Shown here: positions 41,701 to 54,673 of the stretch, in pieces | Layout of the letters: every line of letters begins with the position of its first letter | Numbering within the stretch: the stretch's first letter is position 1 | NCBI GenBank assembly: GCA_016748015.1 | Contig: JAAOMT010000009.1 | Span: 2,092,200-2,156,199, forward strand | Origin: Geosiphon pyriformis uo1 | Lineage: Eukaryota; Fungi; Glomeromycota | Direction of reading: 5' to 3' | DNA length: 64,000 nt | Notes under the pieces: generated by a model | What the model was told of the DNA's origin: nothing | Seen by the model: only the letters and a program-made list of their open reading frames with translations | Databases searched by the model: none | Translations under genes and position numbers: made by a program

Positions 41701-43399
41701 CAATTTTTTGGCTGGGATGGTAAAGATTTTTCTGGGCAATGAGCTTGCTTTAGTGAACAACCTCTCCACTGCATTTCGTAGTCCTGGTCTATTTCCGTTG
41801 TCCTCTGTTCTTGGAAAGTCTCTGTATTTTGATTCGGTCAAATCTCTTAAACATTTTGGTGTCGCTTTTGGTGATCAGCTTTTTGATAAGAATGGCGTTT
41901 TGTTGGATTGGAAAACTTTTCGTTATTGAAAAAGATTGGATCCGCATGGCCCTGTGCCTCACTGGTTCATGGTTTCTTCTGAGTTTTTGAAGGGTCAAGG
42001 TTACTCATTTTCTGGTTCTATTGGCTCTGCAGAAAAGCTTGGTTTGGACATTTTAGGATCTGAGGAATTTTCTGCAGTAAAAGATGGAGTGCATAACATT
42101 TGGTCGGGCTTTTTTGAAGTTTTTACGGATGGGTCTTTAAGGAATGCAGGCTCTGCTGAGATTGCCTGTGGTGTTGCTGCATACTTTCCGGTCTTGGATA
42201 AGAGCATTGGTGTTGCTGTTCATGGCCTTTTGTCATCTACTATGGCCGAATTACAGACTGTTGCTTTGGCTTTGGAGTGTGTTCCTTCTTCAAGTACTGT
42301 GGTGTTATGTCTTGACAGCCAAACTGCTATTGACGCATGTGTGTCTGAGATGTCTTTGGCTGCCCCTGATTTCCGTAATTAATGCTGGCTGGAAAGGCAT
42401 CATATTTTCAATTTGGTCAGGGATAAAGATCTTAGCGTGAGTTGGGTTAAGGTGAAAGGACACTCTGGGATTCTTGGTAATGTGAAAGCTAACTTGGCTG
42501 CTGGGGCTGCCTCTGGGTCTCCTTTTTCCCTTTGTGCTGATGTGCATGAACATTTTTTGGTTGCTGAGGGTGTTGCTGTTTCTGGTAATACCTGTCATTT
42601 TGTCAGGAATATTTTTCAATCAATTTGTTGTGCTCGTTGGGAAGCTGGGCCTGGTTGTGACGTGGTTCTGGATGCAATGATTGGTTGCATAAACTGGGTT
42701 GTCACGGCAAAAGTGTGGCATCTTGATTCTCATATGCTTGCTGGGTTCACTAGCCACGCATTCTCAATGCTTTGCACTTATGTTATGAAGGCTGTGCACA
42801 GGAGGTTGCCAGTGGTGGTAAGGAAGAGATTGTATGATAAGTGCTACCCTAGTGTATTGTGTTTGTTTTGCGGTGAAGTGGAGTTTTCTGATCACATTTT
42901 TACTTGTGTTCATGAGTCTGGTGTCCATAGTAAAATTTTGGCAGAGGCTTCTGCCTGTTGGTCAGCTTTGGCTGGTGGTTCCCCTGCTTCTGTCGTGCTG
43001 CAAGTTTTGTCTTAATGTTCCATTGATGTTGGGCTGTACACTTTGGTGTGCAAAGGGTTTGTGCTGGAGGAGTAGTATGAGGAGGCTTGCAGTATTTTTG
43101 AGGATAGAAAGGTGGCTGCTGCTCGGATTGTTGATTATGTCAGGTTTGTAGTTGGATTACATCATGCTAAAGTATAGTTGACTAGGGCCAGCCACTGGGT
43201 GGTAATGGAGAAGGCTGGTCTGGTCTGTGACGTTGGTGTTGTTTTTGGGCTCCCTTGTAGTGTGTCTTCAGTTTTGTCTGATGGTGTTGTGAGATTGCTT
43301 GGTGTGGCCAATTCTTTTGCTGTTAGCTTTGGTCATCGGAAGCCTTATTGTTTCTTTTTTGGTCTGGGTGGCAATGTGCAGGTAATTATAGATGTATAG
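38714..43399 (+). pseudogene. LINE ORF2: AP endonuclease, reverse transcriptase, RNase H, C-terminal zinc finger
   Basis: APE: TCNVQG, ITETK, GGDFN, IDYIF. RT: GKAAGLSG, RPIALIE, QDMQKAYDSV, FVDD, YLG. RNase H: VFTDGS, AELQ, LDSQ, KVKGHSG. Zinc finger: CLFCGEVEFSDHIFTC. All listed fragments share one frame, separated by stop codons. Confidence 0.93.
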
Positions 43400-43538
43400 T
43401 ATTGCCTTGTCTGGCCTGAGTGGCTAGTCACATGTAAAAAGTGCATGAGTCATGTTTAATTTGAGCCTCTTAGTTTGGTTCTATGTACTAGATAGCGATT
43501 GGGCTATACTCATTAAATGTGTTAATAATTTATTAGCT

Positions 43539-43650
43539 CAATTGATTATATGTAAAAAATATATGATTTATGTTTAATTTAAATTATTAAGTTTAATGTA
43601 TTATATTAAGTAGCATTTAAATTTTACTTGTTAAATAAATAAAAATATAT
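43539..43650 (+). mobile_element. 3' UTR remainder of the older LINE split by the 36627-43528 insertion
   Basis: caattgattatatgtaaaaaatatatgatt...aagtagcatttaaattttacttgttaaataaa is an A/T-shifted version of the 3' UTR at 52190-52295. Confidence 0.7.
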
Positions 43651-44061
43651 ATATATATAATTTTAAAATATAATAATTTTTTTAATAGTAATAATATGTT
43701 AAATTATTTTGATTTATTTTAAATTTTTTTTTAATATTAAATTATTTTTAGCCAGCAAATTTTCAATATTTATTTTTCTTTTTTTTATAAGAATTTTTTT
43801 TTTTATTATTAGTAATTATATTTTAAATAATTTATTTTCAAAAAATTTTGTATTTTTTTATTTTTTTAAGAATATTAAACTAATAAATTTTCAATTTTTA
43901 TAATAAATTAGACTAATAAATTTTCAATCTTTGTAATAAATTAAACAAAATATATATTTATTATAGAAAAATTAATTTTTTTTTGTATTAATATCAAATA
44001 TAAAAATTATATTATTTAATATTTATATATAATTTTTATCAAGTTTTTTATTGAAATAAAA

Positions 44062-47000
44062 GTTTTTTTTTTTTATGTTTAACGAGTGAGGTCCAAACAT
44101 GATCTAGGACTATACATTATATAAATGATCTAAACTAGAAGCAAATCATGCTTTTTCTACACGTAACCAGCCATTCAGGCTGATCAGAACAACACTATGC
44201 ACTTATCTTAACAGAAACAAAATCCTTTATACCTGAGAAAAACAAACAAGATTTATGAAAACTGAAACCAACACCAAAAGCCTCAATGACATCCAACAAC
44301 CTGATCATACCAGCCAAAAGTACTGTAGGTAAACCAGAAACCAGGACAAGAATAGAACCATCCCGAGGAATAAGTCTATTTCTTTTCATAAAAGCTCAGT
44401 GTTTGACATGAACCAGCCAAAATTCATTGCAAAATGTAAAGCAAAATTTGCACACAAAACACACAATATTCAAAGCTGCAACCTTAGCATCTTTAAAGAC
44501 TGAAAAAAATTTATGGTACCAATTATTGAAAACAAAACTTTTACACAGAGTAGTACTAATTTTAGCATCGGAAAAACAGGAAGCCAACAACTGCAAAACA
44601 CACGAAGTAGATTGAGAGAGACCAGACTGCGTTTCCCAAAGAGATACATGAGCATTCAACAACCAAGCACAACCAGCAGCATCAAAAGGACAAACAAAAA
44701 CATGGTCTGAGAATTCTACATTATCACAGAACAAACACACCACACTGGGGTAGCACCTATTATACAAACACTTATGCACAGTAACAAGAAGCTGATGATG
44801 GAGAGATTTCATAAAGTATGTCCAAAGGCCAGCAGTACATGCACTAGTAAAACCAGCAGCCAAGTGAGAATTAGGGTGCCAAACTAAAGAAGACTTAGAC
44901 CAGTTAACACTATTATGCAAACCAGCTGCCAAGACCCGGGAACCAATCTTCCAACGCACATAAAGAATAGACCGAAACACATCATAAATGAAGTGCTTAG
45001 AATTTCCAGAAACCACATTGCCCCCAGCTCTCAAAAAACATTCACTGACCAAATGTGGCAAATGCCAAATAGAGAGCACCACATCCTTAGCAAGCTTATC
45101 CACACACTTATTGCCTGAAATGCCCGAATGACCCTTAACTTTAATCCAATTCACCGTTAAATTCTTATGATGAACTACATTAGTAATATGGCGATGCTTT
45201 ATCCAACAACAATTTCTGAAGTTTGGACAAGCCAATAATGATTCCAACTTGCACGGATCCAAAGCAACTTGGCTATCTGAGAACAGATCAACCGCACAAG
45301 AAGAAGAAACACACTTAAGAGCCAAAGCAATGGCCTGCAATTCAGACATAGTAGAAGAAACCAAACCAGACACTCCCATACCCAAACCAAAATTAATGTC
45401 CTCAAAAAAGACTGCAGTTCCAGCTTTCATGGCAACAGTTCCCAAACCACTCAAAGATCCATCCATGTACACAGAAAGGCAGGCAGTGTTAGTAGCCAAC
45501 AGATTGTCACAGATAACACCAAAATCATGAAATTGACAAACATCAGACAGAGCAGAATTTTTCACAAAAGAAGAGCATGCAAGAAAAGAAGCAACACCAC
45601 CAAGAAAACACACAGAAAGATTAAACCAGAAAGGAATCAGACCATGAAAGTCTAACCTCTTTCAATGCTTGAATGTTTACTAACTGAAAACAACACCATT
45701 TCGATCATGTAATTGTTCCACAAAAGTGATACTATATCACTTAAGTGAAGAGACACATTTTAGAAAATTGATTTCACTAAGAACAAGAAACATAGAAGTA
45801 CCATCCCGATGACGGAAAGCACAGACCAGAGACCCACCCAGAGACAGATCACATCCAGAGAAAATACAAACCACACCTGTTAAGAAATTATTTGAAGAAT
45901 TGACACTAACACGAGCCAGAAACAGCAAAGAGTGACGAGGACGCCAGCTGAGAACCTGGAGGTCATGAGACCTGTGAAAAAATAAGCAGCCCAAAATACC
46001 AACTGAATTTGCAAAAACAATGATGGAGGCCAATTTGCTTTCTGCCTGAATTTGTTCAAAAGTCTTTAAACTATACAAAGAAGGATAATAAAGTGCATCA
46101 TTGGAGAAATCAAGTGGCAGCCCAAACTTAGACTTCAAGACTTTGTGAATCAGAGCATTCCATTTATTACACACACTAACAGGAACAAAACTGAACTGAG
46201 TCCTGTAGCTGACAATAGGAAACAAAACAGCAGAAACCAAATAACTGAATTGTTTATCCGAGATGGCCTTTTTCAGAACAAGATTGACAAAAAATTGGAT
46301 GTCCGAGTGAGCCTTGGCCAAGCTGGGCACTGAAAGACCATTAGAAGACAAAAAAATACCAAGATAACAATAGGGTTCACCTTTTTTGGCTATGGAAATA
46401 GGCAAGCCACTGACAGTTAGATAAGAGGTCTTAACCCAGCAGTTGATAGGAATAGCCACAGTTTTGTCATTGTTAATCGAAATGTTATTAATCCTGAAAA
46501 ACTTACTAGCAACGTCCAAAATGTGTTGTGTAGTGGTCTGGCTGCTACCAAATTAGATGATATCATCAACAAAAGCACCAGCAGCAAAAAATGATGTCAA
46601 TCCAGTCTGAGATTCCACATGGCCAGTATTGGAAATGAAATGCGAATTCAGCCTGTAATTACACACCTCCTCTTGTCTCTTGACCTCACACATAAGCGAA
46701 TCATAAAATATGCGCCAGAGAAATGGTGAGAAAACTTTACTCTGATCCAAATCATTATGCACCACATATCCACTAGTTAAGCCAAAATCTGTTATCATCC
46801 TGTTTCTGTGATTATTGTAGATGCTACCAAAAAATTTAATGAACCTGTTACACATTTTAATTCTAATCAAACTCTTCTTGAGATGTTCCCAACCAACCGA
46901 ATCATATGCTTTGCACATGTTCTGTAAAACCAGCCACAGTTTTTTGTTTTTCTCTAAGGCATCCTCGACCACAGAACCAACGGCAAAAATGGACAACTGT

Positions 47001-49119
47001 ATTGTCATACCCTTTAAAACAGAAAAATTGTCCTCTCGTAAAATGTCAAACTCATTGCAAGCTGAAGATATTCTGTCCAATAAAATTTTGGAAAGGATCT
47101 TGTGGGCTGTTTCAATTAAAGCAATAGGACAGGTGTTTGTAAGAACACTCTCTCATTTATAGGGTTTAGGAATCATCGAAACCCAGACTTCTCTCCAAGG
47201 TCTAAGCACTGACTCACAAACCAGGCATAGATTCAAAAGCACCAAAAGCATATTCAGAACCATTCTGTTGTAATGCTTCCATAATTTATTAGAGATGCCA
47301 GAAAGACCAGCTGCTTTTCCATCAGGCAAGCTCGAAATGACACTGCACATCTCATCATAACTAATCAATTTCATGACACCAGAGAAAACACCATCAAAAA
47401 CATAGTCTAAAGGCTGAAATTGGCATTTCCAATCATTAGAAAAGTTCAAAACCACCAACTGTCTCCTAGTCCATCTCTCCATAATTCTGTTTACTTTAGA
47501 TTTAACCAGCTCAGGTTCCAAAACCAACTCATTATCCACTACCAAATGATCCAACACTACCTTGTGAAATGGACACTCCAAAACACTTCTGATAGTATGA
47601 CCTTTATCCAACTTAAAACTCTCTATTCTACTCTCAATGGCCTGTCTTATATAAGATTCCTCAGCACGCTTAGATTCCAGCATCTTGGAAGAGCAGTAAG
47701 ACTTCCTCACCTTAGCCAGCTCAGAGCAAATACCATCAAAACCAGACCTTGAAAGAAAAAGAGACTTCACCGATGAAGTGCTAACAGAGTCAAACCTGTC
47801 CTACGTATCTAACAACAGAGCAAAATCACCCCCAGAAGTCAAACAGGAAGCCTTTACCAGCTTAGAAACCAGCAACTCCAGCTTATGAAACTTAGAAGAC
47901 ACCTTATTAAAAACACTGTCAAAACCTTTGAACCACTTTTTCTTGAAAGTTCCATCTGCTAAAAGAATCATAATTTTGCGAATAATGTCCTACATTGCAT
48001 CCAAATCTGAAAGTTTCCCAGCCATAACAAATGTATCTGAGAACATAGAGGCATTGGCAGCCATACCATCTCTGAACTCAGCCCATCTCAACTCATTCAC
48101 ATTCTTAACATCAAACTTCCAGTGATCTTTGTTGGTCTGCTTATATATCAAAGAAAGCCTTGTGTCTAACAAACCACCCAGACTCACAGAAACAGAAACA
48201 GCCTTATGATCAGTGTCAAAAAAATCATTAACATTTAACATGCCACAATCCATGATCGCATTAATCAAGTTAGAAGAAAGAAACACATAATCAATTGTCT
48301 TAGTAATACGATGAGAATTGCACCAAGTTGGTAACTTAGCAAGAAAGCTCCCACCCAAAGAGTTGACCAAACCCAAATTAAAGCACTTCTTGAAACTGGC
48401 ACACTTGTGAAATCTATCTTCATTGAAGTTACCACCAAAAATAATGAAGGAGGATTCATTCACAGCTCTAGTGATGAGAGAATTAATTTCATCAGCCTAA
48501 GAAAAACAAACTGTCAAAGAGACACCAGCATACAGCCCCAAAATGGAAACAGAGAATCTGTTTCTAAAAAGCAATTTTACCAACAGGAGCTGACTGGACA
48601 CCTTTAGAATCTTGCACACATGTTTCATCAGAGATGAGTTCAAAATAATTGCAACACCAGATCTCATGTGACCAGAATTCAGACCTGAAGTAAAAACATG
48701 AACACCAGCAAACCTATTCACAATCCAGAGGCGGATCTTTTCCTTCAACTTTGTTTTAGTAACAACAGAAATCAGATTGTTTATATCATTATGCTAATGT
48801 ACGATGTCCGTTTGTTTCACACAACTGTTCATTCCTTTAACATTGCATGTAGCAATCTTCCAAGTAAATTCACTCATTGAGAAGAGAGTTGTGGAAGTGT
48901 ACCAGCAGCCAGAACCAAACCGTCAAAACAAGCAGACAAACTTAGCACTGAAGCAGCAAGGTCTTCTAACATATTTTCTAACTTGACAACATGGGGGAAC
49001 ACAGAAGAGTTTTTTGCAATATAAGTAGCAATAGCAGTAGCAGCAGCAGCTTTATCACAAGTGGACTTATCCAAACCCACTCCTATCACTATATCCTCTC
49101 CTTGATTTTGTGATGGGAA
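44062..49119 (-). mobile_element. 5'-truncated LINE (end of ORF1, complete ORF2 at 48877-44195, 3' UTR, poly-A), inactivated
   Basis: Minus-strand fragments carry APE (FGGNFN, TIDYVF, DTDH), RT (AFVDD), RNase H (VYMDGS, KVKGHSG) and CLFC..H..C in one frame. Poly-T at 44063-44074; candidate TSD GAAATAAAA at 44053-44061 and 49120-49128. Confidence 0.93.
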
Positions 49120-50009
49120 GAAATAAAATTAATAAATTAATTTGCTATAATTTTTTTAATATTGTATAAAAATTTATTATTTTTAATAAAAATAATATAA
49201 ATAAGTTTAACAGATTTTTTATGTTTTTTTATTTGATTTTTTATTATTTTTTTATCTTTTGGTTTATCTAATTGTTTTTTTTTGACTTTTTTTAATTCTA
49301 AAAAAGTTTTTTAATAATAATATTTAATTACAATAAATTTTTTATTTAAAAATTACTGTTATTAAACTTATTACATTAAGAAATCATTATATTTAATAAA
49401 AAATTTTTAGCTATTAATATTTTATTAAAATTTAAATTATTTGGTTTTAAATTGTAAATAAAATTTGTAATTGTTTTTAAAAATTTTACAAATTATTTTG
49501 CTAATATAATATTATATATAAAAACTACTGTTTTTTTAATATTGTTAATATTAATTTTGTAATTGGTTTTAAATTGGTTTTTTGGTTATTTTAATTATAA
49601 AATTAATAAGTATTTTTTTTTAATATTAAATTAAAAAAATTTTTTATAATTAAACATTTTTAAAAAAATTGTTGGTAATTTAAGTAAAAAGCTTCTTAAT
49701 TTTAAAATAAAATATATTATAAACAATTTACTTAATAATAATATAATTGATAATATTTTAGATTTTTTGTTAATAAAAAAACTTTTATTAAAATATTAAT
49801 TTTTAATTTTTAATATTAAGTTAAATATAAATAAAACTATTATATAATTAATTAATTTGGTTTTTAATAATAATCTAATTGTAATTATACATAAAATAAC
49901 TATATATAAAAAACAAAAAAACAATTTTAATATAACTATTATTTAGAACTTTAAAAAGTTGAATAAACTTTTTTGAATTTGATATCTAATTTATAAAATT
50001 TAAGTTTAA

Positions 50010-52302
50010 TGTTGACTGAGAGTTTGTCCAAGCCTAGCTTGGCTAAGGCTTATTCAGATGTTTGGTTTTTTGTGAATCTTGTTTTGAGGAAGGTGATTTC
50101 GGATAAGCAGTTTACATATTTGGTGTCTGCAGTTCTGTTTCCTATCATCAGCTACAGGACCCAGTTTAGTTTCATTCCTATTAGTGTGTGTAATAAATAG
50201 GATGCTCTGATATGCAAAGGCCTAAAATTGAAGTCAGAACTGCCATTTGATTTTTCCAATGATGCACTTTATTATCTTTCATTGTATAATTTAAAGACTT
50301 TTGAACAAATTTAAGCTGAGAGTAAATCAGCATCTGTTATCAATTTTGCAAACTCAGTTGGTATTTTGGGTCATTTATTTTCTCATAGGTTTCATGATCT
50401 TCAGGTTTTTAGTTGGCACCCTCGTTACCCTTTGCTATTTCCAGCTCATGTTGGTGTTAATCCTTCAAATAACTTTTTGGCTGGTGTGGTTTGTATTTTT
50501 TCTGGGTGTGATTTGTCTTTGGACAACTCTCTGGCCTGTGTCTTTTGCTTTTAGGGTGGTACCCCTATGTCTATGGTTCTTGGTGAATCTTATTTTTTTA
50601 AGTGTGTCTCATTACTCAAACATTATGGAATCACTTTTATGGAACAGCTGCAAAACTGAAGTGGTGATGTCTTTGATTGGAAAACCTTCAAGCATTGAAA
50701 AAGGCTGGACCTCCATGGCCTGGTTCTTTTCTGGTTTGATCTCTCTGTTCGCTTTCTTGAGGGTGATGTTCTTCCTTCTAGGTGCTCTTTACTTATGGAT
50801 AGTGGTGCTGTCTCTGATGTTTGTCAGTCTCATGGTTTCAGTATTATTTGTAACAATCTGTTGGCCACTGATGCAGCCTGCCTTTCTGTGTATACAGATG
50901 GGTCTCTGTCTGATTTGGGTACTATTGATATGAAGACTGGTGCTGCAGTTTTTTTTTAGAACATTAACTCAAATCTAGATGTGAGAGTGTTTGGCATAGT
51001 TTTTTCTACTCTGATAAAGCTACAGACCATTGCTTTAGCTCTTGTGTGTGTTTCTCCTTTTCGGATGGTTGACTTATTCTCAAACAGCCAGGCTGCTCTG
51101 GATGCGTGCAAATCAGAATCTTTTTTGGCTTGTCCAGATTTCAGGAACTGGTGTTGAATTGAGCATCACCACATTACTAATGTCATTCATTGCAAAAATT
51201 TATGTGTGAATTGGATTAAAGTTAGGGGACATTTGGGTGTCTCAGGCAATGAGTGCACTGATACACTCACTAGAAATGCCATTCTCTCTGCCTGGCAACT
51301 GCCCCATTTGATCAGTGAAAAATTTTTGAGAGCTAGTGGTATTACAGTTTCTGGTAGTTTTAAACACTTTGTTCGTGATGTTTTCTAGTCTGTTTATTGT
51401 GCATGCTGGGAGGTTGGATCAGGCTTCCAGGTTATGCTAAATAGTTTGCATGCTGATATTGATTGGTTTAAGTTCTCTATGGTATGGCATGCGAATTCTC
51501 ATTTGGCTGCTGGTTTCACTAGTATACATACTGCTGGCCTTTGCACTTACTTTATGAAGGTCCTCTATCATTGGTTTCTGGTTGCTGTATGTAAATAGTT
51601 GTATAATAGATGTTATCCCAGTGTGGTTTGTTTGTTTTGTGGTGACGTTGAGGTCTCTAACTATGTTTTTTGTTGTCTGTTTGATGCTGCAGGTTATGTT
51701 CAATTGTTGGATGCTCATGTGTCTATTTGGGAGGCTTGTTCGGATCTATCTCAGTCTTTTTCATGCATTTTACAGTTGCTGTACACTTGTGTTTCCAATG
51801 TTGCTGTTGGTCTGGCTTTGTGCAAAGACTTTGTTTTCAATGATTGGTATCATGAATCTGCTTCTGTTTTTAGAAATCCTAAGATTGTGACATCGAAAGT
51901 TGTGGACTTTGTTTGTGAGTTTTGCTTCACATTCAGGGAGAATATTTGGCTGGTCTGTGCCAAACACTGAGCTTTTATGGACAAGAATGAGTTAATCTCA
52001 CGTAATGATTCTATTCCTATCTCAGTTTTTGGTTTATCCATGTTACTTTCAGCTGGTGTGGTTAAGTTGCTGGGTATTGCTGAAGCGTTTGGTGTAGGTT
52101 TTGGATTTCATAATCTATGTTCATTTTTTTCGGATATTGGGGATCTGGTTTTTGTTCATATAGGTGTGTAGTGTTGTTCTGATTGGTCTGAGTGGCTGGT
52201 CACATGTAGAAAACGCATGATTTGCTCCTAGTTTAGATTATTTGTATAATGTATGGTACTAAGGTGTGTTTAGACTTCATTCATTAAATGATTAAAAAAA
52301 AA
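50010..52302 (+). mobile_element. 5'-truncated LINE (post-RT region, RNase H, CCHC, 3' UTR, poly-A)
   Basis: Starts at LTESLSKPSLAKA; ORF2 stop at 52171; 3' UTR motif at 52193-52206; poly-A; candidate TSD AAGTTTAA at 50002-50009 and 52303-52310. Confidence 0.9.
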
Positions 52303-52589
52303 AAGTTTAAATTATAAATATTTTAATTTAAAATTAATATAAATTAAAATTTTATAATTTAATTTAACTTGTCAAGTCTTATATATAAGTAGATTTAATT
52401 TGGCTTTTTCAACTTAAAAAATAATAAGAATAATATATTTGTTTTTAAAAATAATATTTAATAGTAATACCAAAATAGATATAATAATTATGATTAAAAA
52501 AAATGTAAATTTAGAATAATTTAATAATTTTAAAAACTTATAATTATAATATTTTATATAATTAATATTATTTTTTACAAATAAAAAAG

Positions 52590-54673
52590 TTATTAATAAT
52601 AAAATAAAGCTTTAAATATAAATTAAAACAAACATAAATACTTAACTTAATGCCAAAATTATAAATCATATTAAGAAATCACAATAATACTAAATTAGAT
52701 ACAACCAGTATTACAGAACTATTATGTGGCAGAAAATCATATTTCTTATAATGTACTCTCAATTTAACAGTTAGCAATTACATAGTAGATCTGTAGCTTT
52801 TAGTAAAATTTTAGACCAAATTAATAACCAAAAACACACTATTAGAACTACTACCCAATAAAAATACTATACTAACTACATATTTTTTCAGCACAAAGTT
52901 TTTGGCTAGCAACATATACAAATGATTCGAAAACTCAGCCCCAAACAGAAATTGAATTATTACACTATTAGTAATATAAGCATCTAGTAAACCAGTTCAT
53001 GTTTTAATAGTTTTTAAAATCAAATATTTTCTGGTTTTAGCATTATAGATGCAAGAAAACATGTGATTAGAGTCTTCAATCAACTCATATCAAATGCACA
53101 ACACACTGAAATAATTAAAATTTTAATCTTTCTTTCTTTTTATTATAAGCAATTAGTGATAAAAAATCTTTATAAAATAAGATTAAAGCATTATAAAAGC
53201 AAAGCTAATAAAACCAAATTGAATTTGACCATTAAGATACCATATACTAAATGTTTTATTCATGTCAATTATGTTATACAAAGTACCATTTACAGTACTA
53301 TTAGCATATTTGAAGTCTCAACCAACAAAATTAATAGTTTCAAAAAGATGCCTAATAAAATAACAAACATTCTCAAAAACAAGTTTGTTTTCAACAGCTA
53401 GAAAATGACATAATATATTAATAAATAGCATAAAATCAAACATAATAGCAACATTAGTAAAAAAATTAACACACTTATTGCTAACAACTTTGGAATAATT
53501 TTTGATCTTATTTTAATTAACTGATAAATTCTTTAATACAATAGTCTAACAAATATGTTCTTTTTCTATTCAATATTTATTGTAAAAATCAGAACTTGTA
53601 TTTTTCTTAAATAAGGTACTTATATCCAATAATGCTTGACTATCTGTAAACAAAACAACTGAGCTGAATATTAAAACATACTTTAAAGCAAAAGCAATAG
53701 TCTTCAATTCCATCAAAATTAAAAAAAGCAAATTATACACCTTAATCCCCACATTTTTGTTAATGTTCAGAAAGTAGACAGCAGTATCACTATAAATGCT
53801 TATAGATTCTAAACTCTTAATTAAACTATTTGTATAAACAACTATATTATTTGATCTATTTACTAAAAAATGCCTGCCAATAAAACCAAAGTTGCTCAAG
53901 CAACAATCAAAAGTAAGATAAAAAGCCAGAGCATAACTATTAGACAAACTACTATTCTTAATAAACTTGACTAACAAACTAAACCAACCAGAAATTGGTT
54001 CTCTAAGATCCAGTTTTTTTTATTTGTGAAAATTACTTTATATAAAACACACACTATAATAGTTTAGAAGCTGGTTTGCAAAAATAATACCAAATCTTTT
54101 TAATAAACCAATTATACTCAAATACTGTTCTAAGCCCAAAATATTTGCAACAGTAACATTATTACCAATTTAGAAAACATTTATCAGATTATTGCCCAAA
54201 TAGAGCCTATATATTGCCAGAATGTTGGTTATACTAACTAAAAAATCAATTTACAGGATTAATTAATAAAGTGTTTAGAAAACAAAGAGGTTGCCAGAAC
54301 ATTCAACTGACAGCCTATAGATTTATAGCTCTGTATTTAAACAATTTGCTGAAAATACTATTTAAATTGGTAAAAATCACCAAATTTGCCAAAGAGTTCT
54401 TAGTTTGTATTTGTTTAAAAGTCTTAAAACCATATAATTCAAAATGAAAAATGGTTTTATTGAAAAAATTCTTAGGTAAATTGGCCTTGAACTTCAGTTT
54501 TTTTTTTAATATCTTGTCTTATTTTTTATACACATTAGCAAAGACATGACTAAACTACAATCTATAACCAATTATTGGCTACAAAACAGCAGACATTAGA
54601 TAAAAAAACTATTTATCAAACACTGTTTTTCTTAAAACCAAATTTGTAAAAAACTTAATGTCCAAATATGTGT
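52590..54673 (-). mobile_element. Eroded LINE 3' part, cut by the Ty3/Gypsy insertion
   Basis: ORF 53570-53977 is a degenerate RNase H (VVYTNS...MELKTIAFAL...LFTDSQA). Sequence next to the LTR reads LDIKFFTNLVLRKTVFDK, matching DVWFFVNLVLRKVISDK. Confidence 0.8.

Larger units (their letters stand above)
36627..43528 (+). mobile_element. Full-length non-LTR retrotransposon (LINE; ORF1 plus APE-RT-RNase H-CCHC ORF2), inactivated
   Basis: Abrupt GC rise at both ends, a 10-bp flanking direct repeat TTTATTAGCT (36617-36626 and 43529-43538), and the two ORFs described below. Confidence 0.95.

Noticed and set aside
37388-52041. Many antisense and alternative-frame ORFs over the LINEs
   Set aside because: Shadow ORFs of G/T-rich coding strands, with no motifs and no consistency between copies.
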